NCBI RefSeq assembly: GCF_023585745.1
Contig: NZ_CP097762.1
Span: forward strand, 330,001-362,000
Direction of reading: 5' to 3'
Origin: Candidatus Saccharimonadota bacterium
GTDB lineage: Bacteria; Pseudomonadota; Gammaproteobacteria; Enterobacterales; Enterobacteriaceae
DNA length: 32,000 nt
The notes under the pieces are model-generated. The model saw nothing but the letters and a program-made list of their open reading frames with translations, was not told the DNA's origin and ran no database searches. A program made the position numbers and the translations under genes. This document shows positions 30,606 through 32,000 of the stretch, in pieces (the first letter of the stretch is position 1; the number at the start of each line of letters is the position of its first letter).

Positions 30606-31805
30606 ATGAATTTATATGAGTACCAAGCAAAAAAACTGTTAAAAAAATATAATTTACCCATTCCAAATGGTTACAGATTTTCTGCAATAGATGATGTGAA
30701 AAATCATATTTTATCAAACCAAATTTCTACTGGACCATGGGTATTAAAATGTCAAATCCAATCTGGAGGCCGAGGAAAAGCTGGAGGAGTACAAATAGTG
30801 CACTCTAAAAAAGAAATATTATCATTTACTAATAAATGGCTTGGTAAAACACTAAAAACATACCAAACTGCCGATTCTGGCGAATTAGTACAATCCATAT
30901 TAATAGAACCAGCGATCGAAATTATACAAGAATTATATTTAAGTATACTAATTGATAGAGAGAAAGCACAAATAACTTGTATGATCTCCAAACAAGGAGG
31001 CGTTAATATTGAACAGATTAGTCAAAAAACACCTCATTTAATTTATAAAATAAAAATTAACCCTATATCCGGGTTACAACCTTATCAAGGCAGAATATTA
31101 GCATGTAAAATTGGTTTATCAGACAAAAAAATCAATAAATTTGCAGAAATTTTAGTTAAAGCAACACAAATGTTTCTTGAAAAGGAACTTACATTAATAG
31201 AAATTAATCCACTAGCTATTACTAATGAAAATAACTTCATATGTTTAGATGCCAAAATTACTATTGATCCAAATGCTATATTTAGACAACCAGAATTGTT
31301 TTCAATATATACAGAAGACAACATACATACTCAACAGGAAGTCAATGACTTTAATTACATTCCCTTAACAGGAGGAAACATTGGTTGTATGATAAACGGA
31401 GCAGGATTAGCAATGGCTACTATGGATATGATTAAATCATTGGGAGGAACGCCTGCTAATTTTTTAGATATAGGAGGCAACTCTAATAAAAACAGTATCA
31501 TATCTGCTTTCCACGCTGTTTTAACAGATTCCAAAGTCAAAGCAATACTGGTAAATATCTTCGGTGGTATTATATGTTGCGATCTAGTAGCTGACAGCGT
31601 ACTCACAACTTTATCTAGATACTACAAATGCATTATTAAAAATAATATGATTCCTATTGTTTTCAGATTAGAAGGCAACAACGCTGAACTAGGTAAAAAA
31701 AGATTAATCAATAGTAACCTAAATATTTATGTCACAAATAATTTAATAGATGCTATTCAACAAGTTATAAAAATGGTGAAATTTAAAAATGTCAATATTG
31801 ATTGA
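30606..31805 (+). CDS. sucC: Succinyl-CoA synthetase beta subunit
   Basis: The 399-aa ORF starts [12 protein letters not shown] (E. coli MNLHEYQAKQLF). It has an ATP-grasp N-terminus and the CoA-ligase block [17 protein letters not shown] and NFLDIGG. A short C-terminal extension overlaps sucD. Confidence 0.97.
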   Translation: MNLYEYQAKKLLKKYNLPIPNGYRFSAIDDVKNHILSNQISTGPWVLKCQIQSGGRGKAGGVQIVHSKKEILSFTNKWLGKTLKTYQTADSGELVQSILIEPAIEIIQELYLSILIDREKAQITCMISKQGGVNIEQISQKTPHLIYKIKINPISGLQPYQGRILACKIGLSDKKINKFAEILVKATQMFLEKELTLIEINPLAITNENNFICLDAKITIDPNAIFRQPELFSIYTEDNIHTQQEVNDFNYIPLTGGNIGCMINGAGLAMATMDMIKSLGGTPANFLDIGGNSNKNSIISAFHAVLTDSKVKAILVNIFGGIICCDLVADSVLTTLSRYYKCIIKNNMIPIVFRLEGNNAELGKKRLINSNLNIYVTNNLIDAIQQVIKMVKFKNVNID

Positions 31806-32000
31806 TAAAAACACAAAAATAATCTGTCAAGGATTTACAGGTAAAAAAGCTACTCTGCATTCAAAACAAGCATTAAATTATGGAACACAAATAGTAGGAG
31901 GAGTAACTCCAGGAAAAGGGGGTAGCACCCATCTTGGATTACCAGTATTTAATACTGTTAATGAAGCATTATATCACACGCATGCATCCACTTCTATAAT
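31789..32000 (+). CDS. sucD: Succinyl-CoA synthetase alpha subunit, N-terminal part; the gene runs off the right edge of the window
   Basis: From the ATG at 31789 the ORF reads [60 protein letters not shown]... E. coli SucD reads [60 protein letters not shown]. It overlaps the sucC 3' end by 17 nt. It is absent from the ORF track because the window edge truncates it. Confidence 0.95.
   Translation, partial: MSILIDKNTKIICQGFTGKKATLHSKQALNYGTQIVGGVTPGKGGSTHLGLPVFNTVNEALYHTHASTSI

Noticed and set aside
26395-31606. Minus-strand ORFs 26395..26595, 28561..28752, 29794..29982, 30127..30432, 30752..30991, 31085..31324 and 31355..31606.
   Set aside because: All are antisense within sucA, sucB or sucC. 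They are short (62-101 aa) and have no recognisable domains. They are best explained as chance open frames opposite conserved genes.

Overview
This window is a very AT-rich (roughly 25-30% G+C by eye), gene-dense chromosomal segment. It looks like a reduced-genome gammaproteobacterium, an Enterobacterales-derived obligate insect endosymbiont. Blochmannia-like is my best guess, but that needs a database search. Every long ORF has a clear housekeeping ortholog. The gene order is colinear with the E. coli K-12 mrdB...sucD region as I recall it: rodA', mrdA, rsfS, holA, lptE, leuS, lnt, corC, ybeY, ybeZ (all minus strand); ubiF (+); a metT-leuW-gln tRNA operon (-); nagA, nagB (-); glnS (+); fldA, ybfF (-); a decayed pgm pseudogene (+); then sdhCDAB-sucABC and sucD' (+). 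Many genes that sit between these in E. coli are missing: rlmH, cobC/nadD, miaB, asnB/nagC/nagD, nagE, chiPQ/fur, ybfE, seqA, gltA and more. They are replaced by short junctions or by 0.3-0.8 kb AT-rich spacers with no ORF.

I see no CRISPR array, IS element or transposase, integrase, prophage, toxin-antitoxin or defence-type cassette, and no orphan gene cluster. I do not think this window holds a novel multi-gene system.

The observations most worth a second look:
- ybeY is split by a frameshift inside an A9 run. One extra A restores the frame, so it is a candidate for rescue by transcriptional slippage, or it is an assembly error.
- pgm is full-length but heavily frameshifted, next to a clean seqA deletion.
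- The sdh-suc half of the TCA cycle is intact, with gltA gone from its usual divergent position.
- nagB-nagA are retained without their transporter or regulator.
- The three-gene tRNA operon has no genomically encoded CCA ends.
- Several long A/T homopolymers sit in frame inside essential genes.
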